Assembly (NCBI GenBank): GCA_020631045.1
Contig: JAHDHZ010000001.1
Location: 73,852-136,953 of the forward strand
Length of the DNA: 63,102 nucleotides
DNA from: Flavobacteriales bacterium
Lineage (GTDB): Bacteria; Bacteroidota; Bacteroidia; Flavobacteriales_G; JALEGO01
Direction of reading: 5' to 3'
Position 1 is the stretch's first letter. Every line of letters starts with the position of its first letter. The notes below the pieces were generated by a model, which worked only from the letters and a program-made list of their open reading frames with translations, was not told the origin of the DNA and ran no database searches. The position numbers and the translations under genes are program-made. Shown here piece by piece: positions 39,668-49,900 of this stretch.

Positions 39668-41080
39668 TTGACTGATGCAAAAACACATATTGAATCTTTT
39701 TTGAATACTCCAATCATTAAAGACATTGCTAGAGCCCTTCAAGATTCTGAGCACAAAGCTTTTTTTATTGGTGGAGTCGTAAGAGATCTTTTGCTAAAAA
39801 GAGAAGTAAAAGACCTAGATGTTGTAACCCTTTCAGATTCTGGCGTTTTGGCAAAAGAAATCGCCCATAAGTTTGGTGTAAAAAAAGTGAGCATATTCAA
39901 AAACTTTGGCACTGCTATGCTTAAGTACAAAGATTATGAACTTGAATTTGTTCAAGCTCGAAAAGAATCATATTCAGAGTCTTCAAGAAATCCAGAAGTT
40001 GAAAAGGGCACCCTAAAAGAAGATCAATTGAGAAGAGATTTTACCATTAACGCCCTTTCAATCAGTTTAAATAAAGATGATTTTGGCGAGCTTATTGATC
40101 CTTTTAATGGCATAGATGATTTAGAACATAAAATCATTAAAACTCCTATTGATGCTGACCAAACATATTTTGACGACCCTTTAAGAATGCTACGAGCAAT
40201 TCGATTCGCATCTCAACTTAATTTTCAAATTGAGCAACAATCTTTTAAAGCCATTGAGAAAAATAAAAATAGAATTCATATCATTTCTCAAGAACGCATT
40301 ACCGATGAGCTCAATAAAATTATACTCAGCGACAAGCCTTCAATAGGATTCATTCTTTTAGAAAAATGTGGTTTACTGCAAGAAATTTTTCCTTTGTTTT
40401 GCAAATTAAAAGGCACTGAAACCATTGATGGAAAGTCACACAAAGACAATTTTCACCATACCCTTGAAGTACTTGACAACTTAGCTAAAGAATCCAAAAA
40501 CCTTTGGCTAAGATGGGCAGCCTTACTTCATGACATCGCAAAGCCAAAAACAAAGCGGTTTCATAAAGAGCACGGTTTTACTTTTCACGGACATGAAGAC
40601 TTAGGCGCTAAGATGGTTCCTCAAATTTTTAAACGCTTGAAACTGCCTTTAGATCAGAAAATGAAGTACGTACAAAAACTAGTACGTCTTCATTTAAGGC
40701 CTATCGCTTTATCTAAAGAAAACATCACAGACTCTGCCCTGAGACGTCTTTTATTTGAAGCCTCAGATGACATCGATGACCTTATGCTTTTGTGCATGAG
40801 TGACATCACTTCAAAGAATGTGAACAAGGTCAAGCGTTTTAAACAAAACCTTACTGTAGTATCAGAAAAACTCAAAAATCTAGAAGAGAGAGACAAAATC
40901 AAAAATTGGCAACCTCCTATCAAAGGCGATGAAATTATTAAGCTGCTGCACATCCAACCTTCAAAAACAGTTGGAATCATAAAAGAAGCCATAAAAGAAG
41001 CTATTTTAGATGGAATCATAGAAAACGATAAAGAACAGGCCATTGACTTCATGTACAAAAAGGCTAAAGAACTCTTATAA
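39668..41080 (+). CDS. CCA-adding tRNA nucleotidyltransferase / poly(A) polymerase family protein with HD domain
   Basis: 470 aa. Motifs are FFIGGVVRDLLL..KDLDVV, RRDFTINAL, DPLRMLRAIRFA and the HD region LLHDIAKP. Confidence 0.85.
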   Translation: MTDAKTHIESFLNTPIIKDIARALQDSEHKAFFIGGVVRDLLLKREVKDLDVVTLSDSGVLAKEIAHKFGVKKVSIFKNFGTAMLKYKDYELEFVQARKESYSESSRNPEVEKGTLKEDQLRRDFTINALSISLNKDDFGELIDPFNGIDDLEHKIIKTPIDADQTYFDDPLRMLRAIRFASQLNFQIEQQSFKAIEKNKNRIHIISQERITDELNKIILSDKPSIGFILLEKCGLLQEIFPLFCKLKGTETIDGKSHKDNFHHTLEVLDNLAKESKNLWLRWAALLHDIAKPKTKRFHKEHGFTFHGHEDLGAKMVPQIFKRLKLPLDQKMKYVQKLVRLHLRPIALSKENITDSALRRLLFEASDDIDDLMLLCMSDITSKNVNKVKRFKQNLTVVSEKLKNLEERDKIKNWQPPIKGDEIIKLLHIQPSKTVGIIKEAIKEAILDGIIENDKEQAIDFMYKKAKELL

Positions 41081-41116
41081 AAATTTTGTTAACTCAAGAT
41101 AAGTCGTACTTTAGTA

Positions 41117-41950
41117 TTGATGAGTCGAATTCTCTTTACCGTAGCATTTTTTTTAATTAGTCTGAGCAATTTATTTGCAGCGCAGATGGCAGTAGTCTTA
41201 AAAACAAAAGACGCTAGTCTCAATCAAATTAAAATTGCAAAATGTATGATCACCTCAAACGGTTCTCAAATATTAAGCACATCGACCAAGAATGGTAAAC
41301 TCTCATTTAAGCTTGACTACGATAAAAAATATAAGATTCAAGTTTCAAGCAATGGCTTTGAAACCTACAACATGCTCATTGATGCCAACATCATTGATGA
41401 AATGAAAAAATACGAATACGAGTATATTCTCTCTATTCTAATGGTTCCTTCTAGGGATGGATATAAAGCTGTTTACAAAAATTGTAAAGGCATTACACAG
41501 GTAGGGTATAACAAAAGCAAAGATGAATTTAATCTAACATGCGAGCCTGGAAATTATTCTTACAAACCTGCCAAAACAAACAGCGATAAACCAAAAGAAC
41601 AACAAATAGCAAGTAATAAGCAAGAAAACAATTCTGAACAACAAGTCGTCAAAGAACCTATTACAAAAACATCTGAGCCCCTTACAGATGATGATCAAAA
41701 AAAGATAGAGCCTAGCGCCTCAGCAAAACAGTCTATCTTTAAAAAAGACCTTGATAAGATGCTCAACGAAATTGAAACTAGAAATAGTACCGCAAAACAA
41801 AAACGCATAGAATTAGATCAAATCAAGCAAGAAAGCTTTGAAATTGACTTAATTTCAAGAAAGAATATGGCTAAGAAAAGAAGAAGTCTAATTGAAGAAA
41901 TTGCTGATAGTAAAAAGACTTCAAAAAAATCGCTCTTGCTTCAAAATTAA
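41117..41950 (+). CDS. Hypothetical secreted protein, carboxypeptidase-regulatory-like N-domain + K/E/Q-rich tail
   Basis: 277 aa with a signal peptide. The segment TSNGSQILSTSTKNGKLSFKLDYDKKYKIQVSSNGFETYNMLIDAN is alignable by eye with the ORF at 38186. The C-terminal half is low-complexity and charged. Confidence 0.5.
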   Translation: MMSRILFTVAFFLISLSNLFAAQMAVVLKTKDASLNQIKIAKCMITSNGSQILSTSTKNGKLSFKLDYDKKYKIQVSSNGFETYNMLIDANIIDEMKKYEYEYILSILMVPSRDGYKAVYKNCKGITQVGYNKSKDEFNLTCEPGNYSYKPAKTNSDKPKEQQIASNKQENNSEQQVVKEPITKTSEPLTDDDQKKIEPSASAKQSIFKKDLDKMLNEIETRNSTAKQKRIELDQIKQESFEIDLISRKNMAKKRRSLIEEIADSKKTSKKSLLLQN

Positions 41951-41958
41951 GCAACTGT

Positions 41959-44900
41959 CTAAAAAACTACTATTCTTTTTTGAACGCTCATTTCATTTTC
42001 TTTTTTAAATTCTAAAAGATACTCTCCTTTTGCAAGATTTGTAAGACTCAATTCATTATTGATTTTTGATAAGTTGTATGTCTTCAACTCTTGGCCTAAT
42101 ATGTTTTTTAAGACCAAAACATTAAATTCAGAACTAGTTTTCACGGTAAGTTCTCCTAATGAGGGAATAGGAAAGATTTCAATTTCATTTTTATTTGAAC
42201 TGACCACATTATTATTACTATAACCACTCAAGACTTTGAACACCTGAGTAGCATTACATCCAAGAGCATCTTCTACCCTTAAAGAGTAGATTCCAGCACA
42301 CAATTCAGAAACCTGTTGATCTACCACTAAAGAGTCGATAAAAAATGTAAATGGCGCTACTCCATTTAAAGGGTCTATATTTATTTTAGCAGAACACATG
42401 TTATTTTGATCTTCTAAAACTTGTTCTACGCTAAAATCTATAGGATCTGGTCTGAAAATTTCAAAACTAACGTTAGAAGTTGCACAAGCCTGTGATGTAT
42501 TTTTTGATCTAACTGAATAAAGACCAGCCCCAAGGTTATTGATAAGAGTGTCACTGATTACTTCAATGGTATCTGAAGGTGTGTTCAAATAAAATGGCTC
42601 ATACACTTTATCAAGAGCGATCAATCCATCCTGACTATCATCACAAGTTAAATTTTCAGTCTGAACCACTACAGAAGGTTTGTATTCAAGCGTAAATCTA
42701 TGATGCAAATCAGCTGAATCTAAAGAAATATCAATTGAAAACTGATCTGAGAGCTTATAGGTTTCTCCTGTTTTATGGTCTCGAATAGATATGCAGCCAT
42801 TAAAACCAGAAAACTCTTCAACACTGAGTGTATGCAAATCATAAGTATTGCCTTTTATATTTAAAGAAATTGAAAAAATTGTATCGGTTGCGTAACTTGA
42901 AACAGAAAAGTTTTGATTAAGATCATTTGAAACTGAAATCTGAGCAATTCCAACTTCTGTATTCAAAATTTTCCAAGCATCATACTGTCCATCAAAATCT
43001 TTGGTAGCACCGTAAATTTGACGAACAACCACTTGGTCTTGTTGAGCATTCGATCCAAAACTTAAGCGTAAAAAGTTCGACTTCTGAGCTTTTTGAATAA
43101 ACATATGATCTTGATCTGACTTACAAGATTCTTTCACTCTTAAAACAGGTGATGCACCATTAGCCTGTACCCAAAATGCTTGAGAAGAAGCAATTAAATT
43201 TGAACCATCATTTGTACCCACTCCAGCTCCTGGAGATGATCCTGGAACGTAACTTGAATAAGTTGCCATGTCTGGATTCCAGATGTAAATAGCAGAATTG
43301 ATATTGCTTTTATCCCAATCAACATCATCCCAGTCTATGGTGCATGGATAAGGATTACCTACCATTGACCAACCGTCATCTGATGAGCCTGAGTTGGTAA
43401 AACTCACCGGCAAATCAATATCGCCTTGATTCACCGGACCACTATGATCAATCGTAAAGCCCTGAGTACCCGTAATGGTATCTCCGCACCATATCCAAAC
43501 ACCTTGACCAACTGCCAAAACATCAGATGTTGAGCTAGGTACTACATAACCATTGTCAATTGCTCCAGGTTCTGACTCATCGTAAAAATAAAAACTTGGC
43601 CAAGGAGAAGCCGCAGTTGGCCAAGTAGGCCAATCAGATCCAGGAATTCCACTGGTAATAAAATCATCGTCAAATGCCTCTAAATCAATGCCAGAAACCG
43701 CCGAGCTTAAAAACCTCCAATTGGTAGCTCCTGCATCAATGTATCTTTGCATTTCTATATCACCTAAAATTGTACTTGTCGAGGGAATTTCTAATATTCG
43801 TGCCGTTTCAGTTTCATCTGAGATCAATGTTAAATTCCCGTTTGTTTGTAGATCTCCATTTAAAATTTGAAGAAATCCTTTCAAATCTACTTTTGAGCTC
43901 CCAGAGATCTCAAGGGTAGAATTGACATCTAAAATCAGATTATAAACCTCAAGATCTGCATCAATCGTCACTTGCCTTGACTCACAATCGCCTTGTATTC
44001 GAATGGTTGATTGGTCTGCTGTAAAATCACCTTGATAAGTGAAGTTCTCAAAAATGTCTAAGGTATCTGTATTGTTTAGTTCAAAAGAGGCTCCAGGTTG
44101 AACAGTCAAGCTAAATACTTGTTGGTCAGAACTGATTATGGGAGAAGTTCCTGTAGTTGTTAAAATTGCTCTTTTCAAAGAAGTTGGCACTCCATTGGTC
44201 CAATTAATTGAGTTGGTCCAATCATTATTTACACCTAGCCAACTGGTTGAAGTCAAAGACTGATCTGAGAACTCATCAATTGAGGCAAGGGTAAAAAAGT
44301 CTCCATCATTAAATGAGAATGCATTAAATTTTAATGTATCACCTGAGACAGAACTTGGGCTAAAAACAGAAGCATCAGAAAAATCATCATCTGAATCAAC
44401 AATCAATCGAGCATTCAAAGTAGTTCCATGATCAATTTCAGATAGAATAATTGAAAGATCAACCAATCCCACATCACCAGTTTTTGTAATCCTAAAGGTT
44501 TTAAGCATTCTGTTGTTTAAGCTAGCAGGAACATTTGACGAATTACAATTTAATTGATTTGTTTCTGCCCAAACTAAATACTCTCCATCTTCAATATCGG
44601 TAGGATTTTCAATACGTACAATACCATTGCCTTGACCAGCCGTATGAAAATCTGCACCAGTTTCTTGACCAATTCCAGCCAATTTAAGATCATAGTCTCC
44701 ATTTGCAGAGAAATCTTGATCAAAATAATCTATTGATCCTATCGAAATATCATATTTAGATGATAAATAATTTTGAACTAAGTTGTGCTCTGTTAAATTT
44801 AGATCTTCACTGTAAATAATAAACTCAGCAATATCTCCTTGAAAATTATCACCAGAACCAGCTGAACCTCCTGTCTCATAATAAGTATCGTTGTTTTTAC

Positions 44901-46866
44901 CACCTATTCCTATAGCTCCTGAATGGCTATAAAAGTACCCTATACCTGAAATTGGCGTCAAATCAAGACCATTCAAAGTAACATTAACAGTTCCGTTAAG
45001 CGTTGCCTCTCCATCAAAACGTACCCCAAGAATATATTCAGTATTGGCAGAAATACTGGTATTGGTTGAGTAAAAGCCCCATCCACCTCCAAGACCATCA
45101 GAGGGCAGATTCCAAACACCCACATATAAATCTCCATCAAAAATATAAAAGTTTAACCCCCTTGATCGACCTCCTTGCTCGTAAAGAACTTGCCTAGAGG
45201 TAATGTCTGTGCTGGTTTTAAACGCCATATAATATGAATACTGTGTATTCAACCCAATATTGATGTCATTGTCGTTGTCAATCGTAAAATCATCATCAAC
45301 ACCATCAAAACTCATATATGGCTGGCCATTAAAATTGGCTGAATTTTCATCGGCATGCAATACGGGACGCTGAGTGGTATTCGTTTGATAGGCCTGTTTT
45401 GAGTTGCCTCCCACATTTGTGAAATACTGTACGGTACTACCATCTAAAACTGCATCTGCAACCTCTGTAGCATCTAACCAAAAGCGAACCTCTGAGAGGT
45501 CTCCTACTCCACCCGGACCAAGTATGCCTGAAGAATTTGTCTTTAAAGAACCAAAAGTAAAAAAATCACCATCACTAAAGTCAACCGATGAGAACACTGC
45601 ATAATCCCCAGAAATACTCGAAGCACTCACAATTGAAGCATCACTAAAATCATTGTCGATGTTGTCTATCAACAGAAAAAAATCTGAAGCTACAGCTCCT
45701 GTTAAACCACTAGGATCAATCTCAAGCATGACATCTACATTGCCTACATCTCCTGTATGTGTTACTCTCCAGCTTAAATTAAGCATCTCTTGAATTCCTG
45801 AAGGAAGTCCTGTGTAAAGTACTGTGTCTTGTAAATTATTGTGTCCTGCCATTAAAAATTCTGAAGCATTCAAATTAGAAGGATTTGAAAATCGAACATA
45901 AGAAGAACCTTGGCCATCATCTGAGGTAGACCCATCTGCAGCTGATCCGATTCCAAAGACTTGATAGTCATAATCTAAATTGGCTGGAGTGTCTTTATTG
46001 TGATAATCAGTACTAGAAAGTGTAATGTCAAACTTTGAGCTCAAATAATTCCAAACCAAATCTAACTCAGCGTTGTTTAAAGCCTTGTTGTAATGAATAA
46101 ATTCAACCAGATCACCCTTAAAGTAATGTCCTGTGCCTCCACTTGTGCCAGTTTCATAAACTGTAGCATTGTTTTTAGCACCCCATCCAATATCTGCTCC
46201 ATGTGAATATAAATAGCCCACATTGCCAGCAGTTGTAGATAAATTTCCGTTTACATAGCCCCTAATAGTACCCGTACTCGAACTGTTGCCCTGCAACTGA
46301 TGAGTTAGAATGTAAGCGGTATTTGCTGAAATAGAAACACTACCTGAAGTAAATGTCCAAGGAGATCCGATGCCGTCATTGTTGTTGTTCCATCCACCAA
46401 AATACAAATTGCCGTTGTAAATGTATATGTTTACTCCTCTTGTACCTCCACCCTCTTCATAAATCATTTGACGAGAAGTAACATCACTCCCTGTTCGAAT
46501 GACCATGGTGAAATGTTTCTCTGTCTGTGGTAAAGAAGAGGTATTTAAATCACTGTTGTTGGGAATTCTTAAAAAATCATTTGTGCCATCTAAAACAGCA
46601 ACACCAAAGCCATTTAATGCAGAACTACCAGTAGTAAAAACAGGCATCCTACTAGCGGTTGTTTGATTCATTGCATTGGCATTATATCCTTGATTGAGAA
46701 TCTCAGAAATAGCATCACCATTACCGTAATCAGTCTCGTCTAAATTATACCAAAAGCGATTTTCAGTTTCAGTGCCTGCGCCACCTGGCGCTTTTTGTGC
46801 AAAAACTACGTTTGAGAACAACAGTATAAACAACCATATGTGTTTGCGCACAAAATACATACCCAA
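41959..46866 (-). CDS. Giant secreted protein (1635 aa): two LamG/ConA-like modules, SprB-like Cys repeats, T9SS type A C-terminal sorting domain
   Basis: Signal peptide. It has a duplicated module of about 415 aa (aa 27-440 and 450-862), each with a LamG_3-like core (..F.GD[LI].EFI.Y...L). A WSMVGNPYPC..IYIWNP region follows, then Cys-framed repeats at aa 1408-1545. The C-terminus IEIFPIPSLGELTVKTS..GEYLLEFKKENEMSVQKRIVVF resembles Por_Secre_tail. Confidence 0.8.
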   Translation of the reverse strand: MGMYFVRKHIWLFILLFSNVVFAQKAPGGAGTETENRFWYNLDETDYGNGDAISEILNQGYNANAMNQTTASRMPVFTTGSSALNGFGVAVLDGTNDFLRIPNNSDLNTSSLPQTEKHFTMVIRTGSDVTSRQMIYEEGGGTRGVNIYIYNGNLYFGGWNNNNDGIGSPWTFTSGSVSISANTAYILTHQLQGNSSSTGTIRGYVNGNLSTTAGNVGYLYSHGADIGWGAKNNATVYETGTSGGTGHYFKGDLVEFIHYNKALNNAELDLVWNYLSSKFDITLSSTDYHNKDTPANLDYDYQVFGIGSAADGSTSDDGQGSSYVRFSNPSNLNASEFLMAGHNNLQDTVLYTGLPSGIQEMLNLSWRVTHTGDVGNVDVMLEIDPSGLTGAVASDFFLLIDNIDNDFSDASIVSASSISGDYAVFSSVDFSDGDFFTFGSLKTNSSGILGPGGVGDLSEVRFWLDATEVADAVLDGSTVQYFTNVGGNSKQAYQTNTTQRPVLHADENSANFNGQPYMSFDGVDDDFTIDNDNDINIGLNTQYSYYMAFKTSTDITSRQVLYEQGGRSRGLNFYIFDGDLYVGVWNLPSDGLGGGWGFYSTNTSISANTEYILGVRFDGEATLNGTVNVTLNGLDLTPISGIGYFYSHSGAIGIGGKNNDTYYETGGSAGSGDNFQGDIAEFIIYSEDLNLTEHNLVQNYLSSKYDISIGSIDYFDQDFSANGDYDLKLAGIGQETGADFHTAGQGNGIVRIENPTDIEDGEYLVWAETNQLNCNSSNVPASLNNRMLKTFRITKTGDVGLVDLSIILSEIDHGTTLNARLIVDSDDDFSDASVFSPSSVSGDTLKFNAFSFNDGDFFTLASIDEFSDQSLTSTSWLGVNNDWTNSINWTNGVPTSLKRAILTTTGTSPIISSDQQVFSLTVQPGASFELNNTDTLDIFENFTYQGDFTADQSTIRIQGDCESRQVTIDADLEVYNLILDVNSTLEISGSSKVDLKGFLQILNGDLQTNGNLTLISDETETARILEIPSTSTILGDIEMQRYIDAGATNWRFLSSAVSGIDLEAFDDDFITSGIPGSDWPTWPTAASPWPSFYFYDESEPGAIDNGYVVPSSTSDVLAVGQGVWIWCGDTITGTQGFTIDHSGPVNQGDIDLPVSFTNSGSSDDGWSMVGNPYPCTIDWDDVDWDKSNINSAIYIWNPDMATYSSYVPGSSPGAGVGTNDGSNLIASSQAFWVQANGASPVLRVKESCKSDQDHMFIQKAQKSNFLRLSFGSNAQQDQVVVRQIYGATKDFDGQYDAWKILNTEVGIAQISVSNDLNQNFSVSSYATDTIFSISLNIKGNTYDLHTLSVEEFSGFNGCISIRDHKTGETYKLSDQFSIDISLDSADLHHRFTLEYKPSVVVQTENLTCDDSQDGLIALDKVYEPFYLNTPSDTIEVISDTLINNLGAGLYSVRSKNTSQACATSNVSFEIFRPDPIDFSVEQVLEDQNNMCSAKINIDPLNGVAPFTFFIDSLVVDQQVSELCAGIYSLRVEDALGCNATQVFKVLSGYSNNNVVSSNKNEIEIFPIPSLGELTVKTSSEFNVLVLKNILGQELKTYNLSKINNELSLTNLAKGEYLLEFKKENEMSVQKRIVVF
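41962..42189 (-). other. T9SS type A C-terminal sorting domain (Por_Secre_tail-like) of the 1635-aa protein
   Basis: Last 76 aa: FP(I/N)P..G.L.V......V.V.N.LGQ.....L......L.L..L..G.YLL.F pattern. Confidence 0.7.
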
Positions 46867-46918
46867 TTGTACGCATAAACTCTATATTTGGTTACGCTAA
46901 ATACTTAGAAAAATAAGT

Positions 46919-49900
46919 CTATCTAAAAAGCGTAAAGGTGCCCTTCAAGCTATGCTCAGAACGATCATAACCAGAGGCTTCAATCCAATAAAAGTAAGTG
47001 CCTTCAGGCAGTTCAACACCACTATAACTTCTACCATCCCACTTATTGTCTAATTCATCAAAATTATAAACCTGTGTACCCCAACGGTTATAAATTGTAC
47101 ACTTAAACTGTTCTATTCCACGATCATCTACCTCAAAAAAGTCATTGAATCCATCTCCATTTGGCGTAATTACATTAGGAATTACAAGTTCAGCGGGAGG
47201 ATAAATCACTATTGTATAAGCAAAGGTATCAGAACACAGCTGCGTTTGATCAGAATAGGCTACCAGAGTAACAGTCATTTCGCCTCCTTCATAATAAGTG
47301 TAAAATGGATTTACATCAGTAGAGGTATAGCCAGTAGAATCTCCGAATTCCCACCAAAAGCTCATTTGATCAACACCCATGCCAGCTTGCGAAGTATTCT
47401 CAAACAAGACATCTGCTGGAGCAATTTGATCATCTACAATCGGTACAAACGACGCCTCTAACTCAACATGTTGCAAATACACACTATCAATGTCAATACA
47501 TCCATTTGCATCTACCACTGTAAGCACATAAGTTGTATCAACAGGGGTAAATGTTTGTGGATTAGCCACATCATTATCAGTCAAAGCAAAATCAGGGGCC
47601 CAGTTGTAAAAATAGGGTGCTGTTCCACCTTGTGCAGTAGGATTGCCTCCCAAGGTTTGTACATCAATAATACACAAAGTATCTTGCCCAAACCCAGCTT
47701 CAGCCTTAGGACCAGAAAACGAAACAAATACAGAGTCAATGTCTCTACAACCATCAGCATCTTCAACAAACAAGACATATTGTTGATCAGCCTGAATGGT
47801 AGCAAAAGGATTTGATGCTGTAGTATCTAAAATTCCTGTACTAGGCGTCCATAGATATGAAAATGGAGCTGTTCCGTCTGTTACAGTTGGATTGCCTCCT
47901 AAAATAATTGTTCCGCCTGTACACAAGAAATCATTCACGCCTCCTGCCTCAGCTTTCGGCCCATTCGGATTGTAATCAACATAGACAGAATCTAAATCTG
48001 AACAACCTTCACTGTCAGTTACAATCACCATATAACTGGTATCAATCTGAGTGGTCGTCAAAGGATTGGCTACTGAGTTAGAAGTCAAGGCATAATTAGG
48101 AATCCAATTATAAGTAAAAGGAGCAATGCCTCCATTTGCGGTAGGGGCACCTCCCAACATCACTGTACCTCCACTACAAATCGTATCTTGTCCAAACCCT
48201 GCTTCAGCTGTTGGTCCATCGGGGTTAAATACCACTACAACATCATCTAAATCAGAGCAGCCATTAGAATCGACCACCAACAAAGTATAGGTTGTCGTTG
48301 ATGTGGTTGATGTAATCGGGTTGGCACTTGAAGGAGAATTTAAATCAGTAGATGGCGTCCAAGTATATTGAAAAGGTGGAGCTCCGAAAGTAACGGTCGG
48401 ATTGCCTCCCAAAAAGATTTGCCCAGAACTACACAAAGTATCTTGACCAAACCCAGCATCAGCAATGGGTGCTTTAAAGTTGTAGAACACAACTGCCGTA
48501 TCTATATCAACACATCCATCAGCATCTGTAAGTACCAAAACAAAATCTACTGTATCAAAAATCCCTGAAGCAATCGGATTTGAAATGCTAGCATCATCTA
48601 AGAATTGTGCATTGTTCCAATTGTACGTATAAGGTTGTTGCCCAAGAATAGCAGTAGGGTCTCCACCTAATTGCACCTCTCCGCCTGTACACAAACCCTC
48701 TAAATTTCCGGCCTCTGCTTTAGGACCATTCACTACTTGTACATAGACACTGTCTAAATCAGAACAGCCAGATTCATCAGTGACAGATACCACATAATAT
48801 TGCGAAGTGGGTGGATATGCTGCAGGATTAGATGCTGAATTTGAAGTGTTTAAATATTGGTTTGGAATCCACTCGTAAGTGTAAGGGAATACTCCGTTAC
48901 TTGCCGTTGGATTACCTCCTAAATAAATGGTTCCGCCAGTACAAACTGTATCAGCACCAGCATCAGCAATTGGTCCTGCTGTTTTTTGCACATAAATAGA
49001 ATCTATATCAGAACACCCTTCTGCATCAGTCACAGAGACCACATAGAGTTGATCTGCTGATAAGCTTACTACAGGGTCAGCAATGGTATGATCATTGATG
49101 TTTTGATTGGGTATCCACTCATATGAAAATGGTGCCAAACCACCAACTGCTGTAGGATCACCCCCTAATTGAATGCTACCTCCGGTACAAACTGTATCTG
49201 AAGGGCCAGCACTTGCAAGCACTGCATCAGGATTTAAAAAGACAACCACGCTGTCAATGTCGACACAACCTTGAGCATCTGTGACAATGAGTTCATAATC
49301 AAAATAAGTAGGCACCGATGAGCTCCCCGTAAAAATAGGATTGTATGTCGCCGCATCGTTTAAGTTATTTGACGGATTCCAATCAAAAGAGTAAGGAGAA
49401 GTTCCGCCAATTTGAGTAGCATCACCACCCAATAAAATACTCTGAGAAGTACAAAGGGTATCACTGCCATTTCCTGCATCTGCTGAAAATCCTGAAATGA
49501 CATTTACAAACACAGAATCAACAGCAAAACAATTTGACTCATCAGACAAGACCAAGGTATACCAGCCAGACTGTTGGCCACTAAACAAAGGATTTGCAAT
49601 GCCTGGATTGTTTAATTGAGCCTGCGGAGACCAATTATAAGTATAAGGAAATACTCCATTTGAAGCAGTAGGATTGCCTCCTAAATATGCTGAACCACCA
49701 GTACAAAGTGTATCGCCAGAATTGCCACCAGCATCAGCTATAGGGCCATTTGATTTGCGCACGTGTACAAAATCTAAATCTGAACAACCATCAGCATCAG
49801 TAACTTTTAAAGTATAATCTGTAGACACAGTTGGATATACCCATGGGTTTGCAATTTGATTGTTACTAATGTTTTGATTGGGAGTCCAAAGGTAGGTGTA

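Noticed and set aside
40690-41058. 122-aa minus-strand ORF inside the CCA-adding enzyme gene
   Set aside because: It is an antisense shadow ORF. Its Ser/Met/Phe-rich translation simply mirrors the K/E-rich sense frame.
43688-47815. Several 60-115-aa plus-strand ORFs inside the two giant adhesin genes (43688-43870, 45003-45197, 45404-45604, 47246-47461, 47468-47815)
   Set aside because: All are antisense to long, motif-rich, uninterrupted minus-strand ORFs. Their translations are low-complexity, and none has an independent start context.
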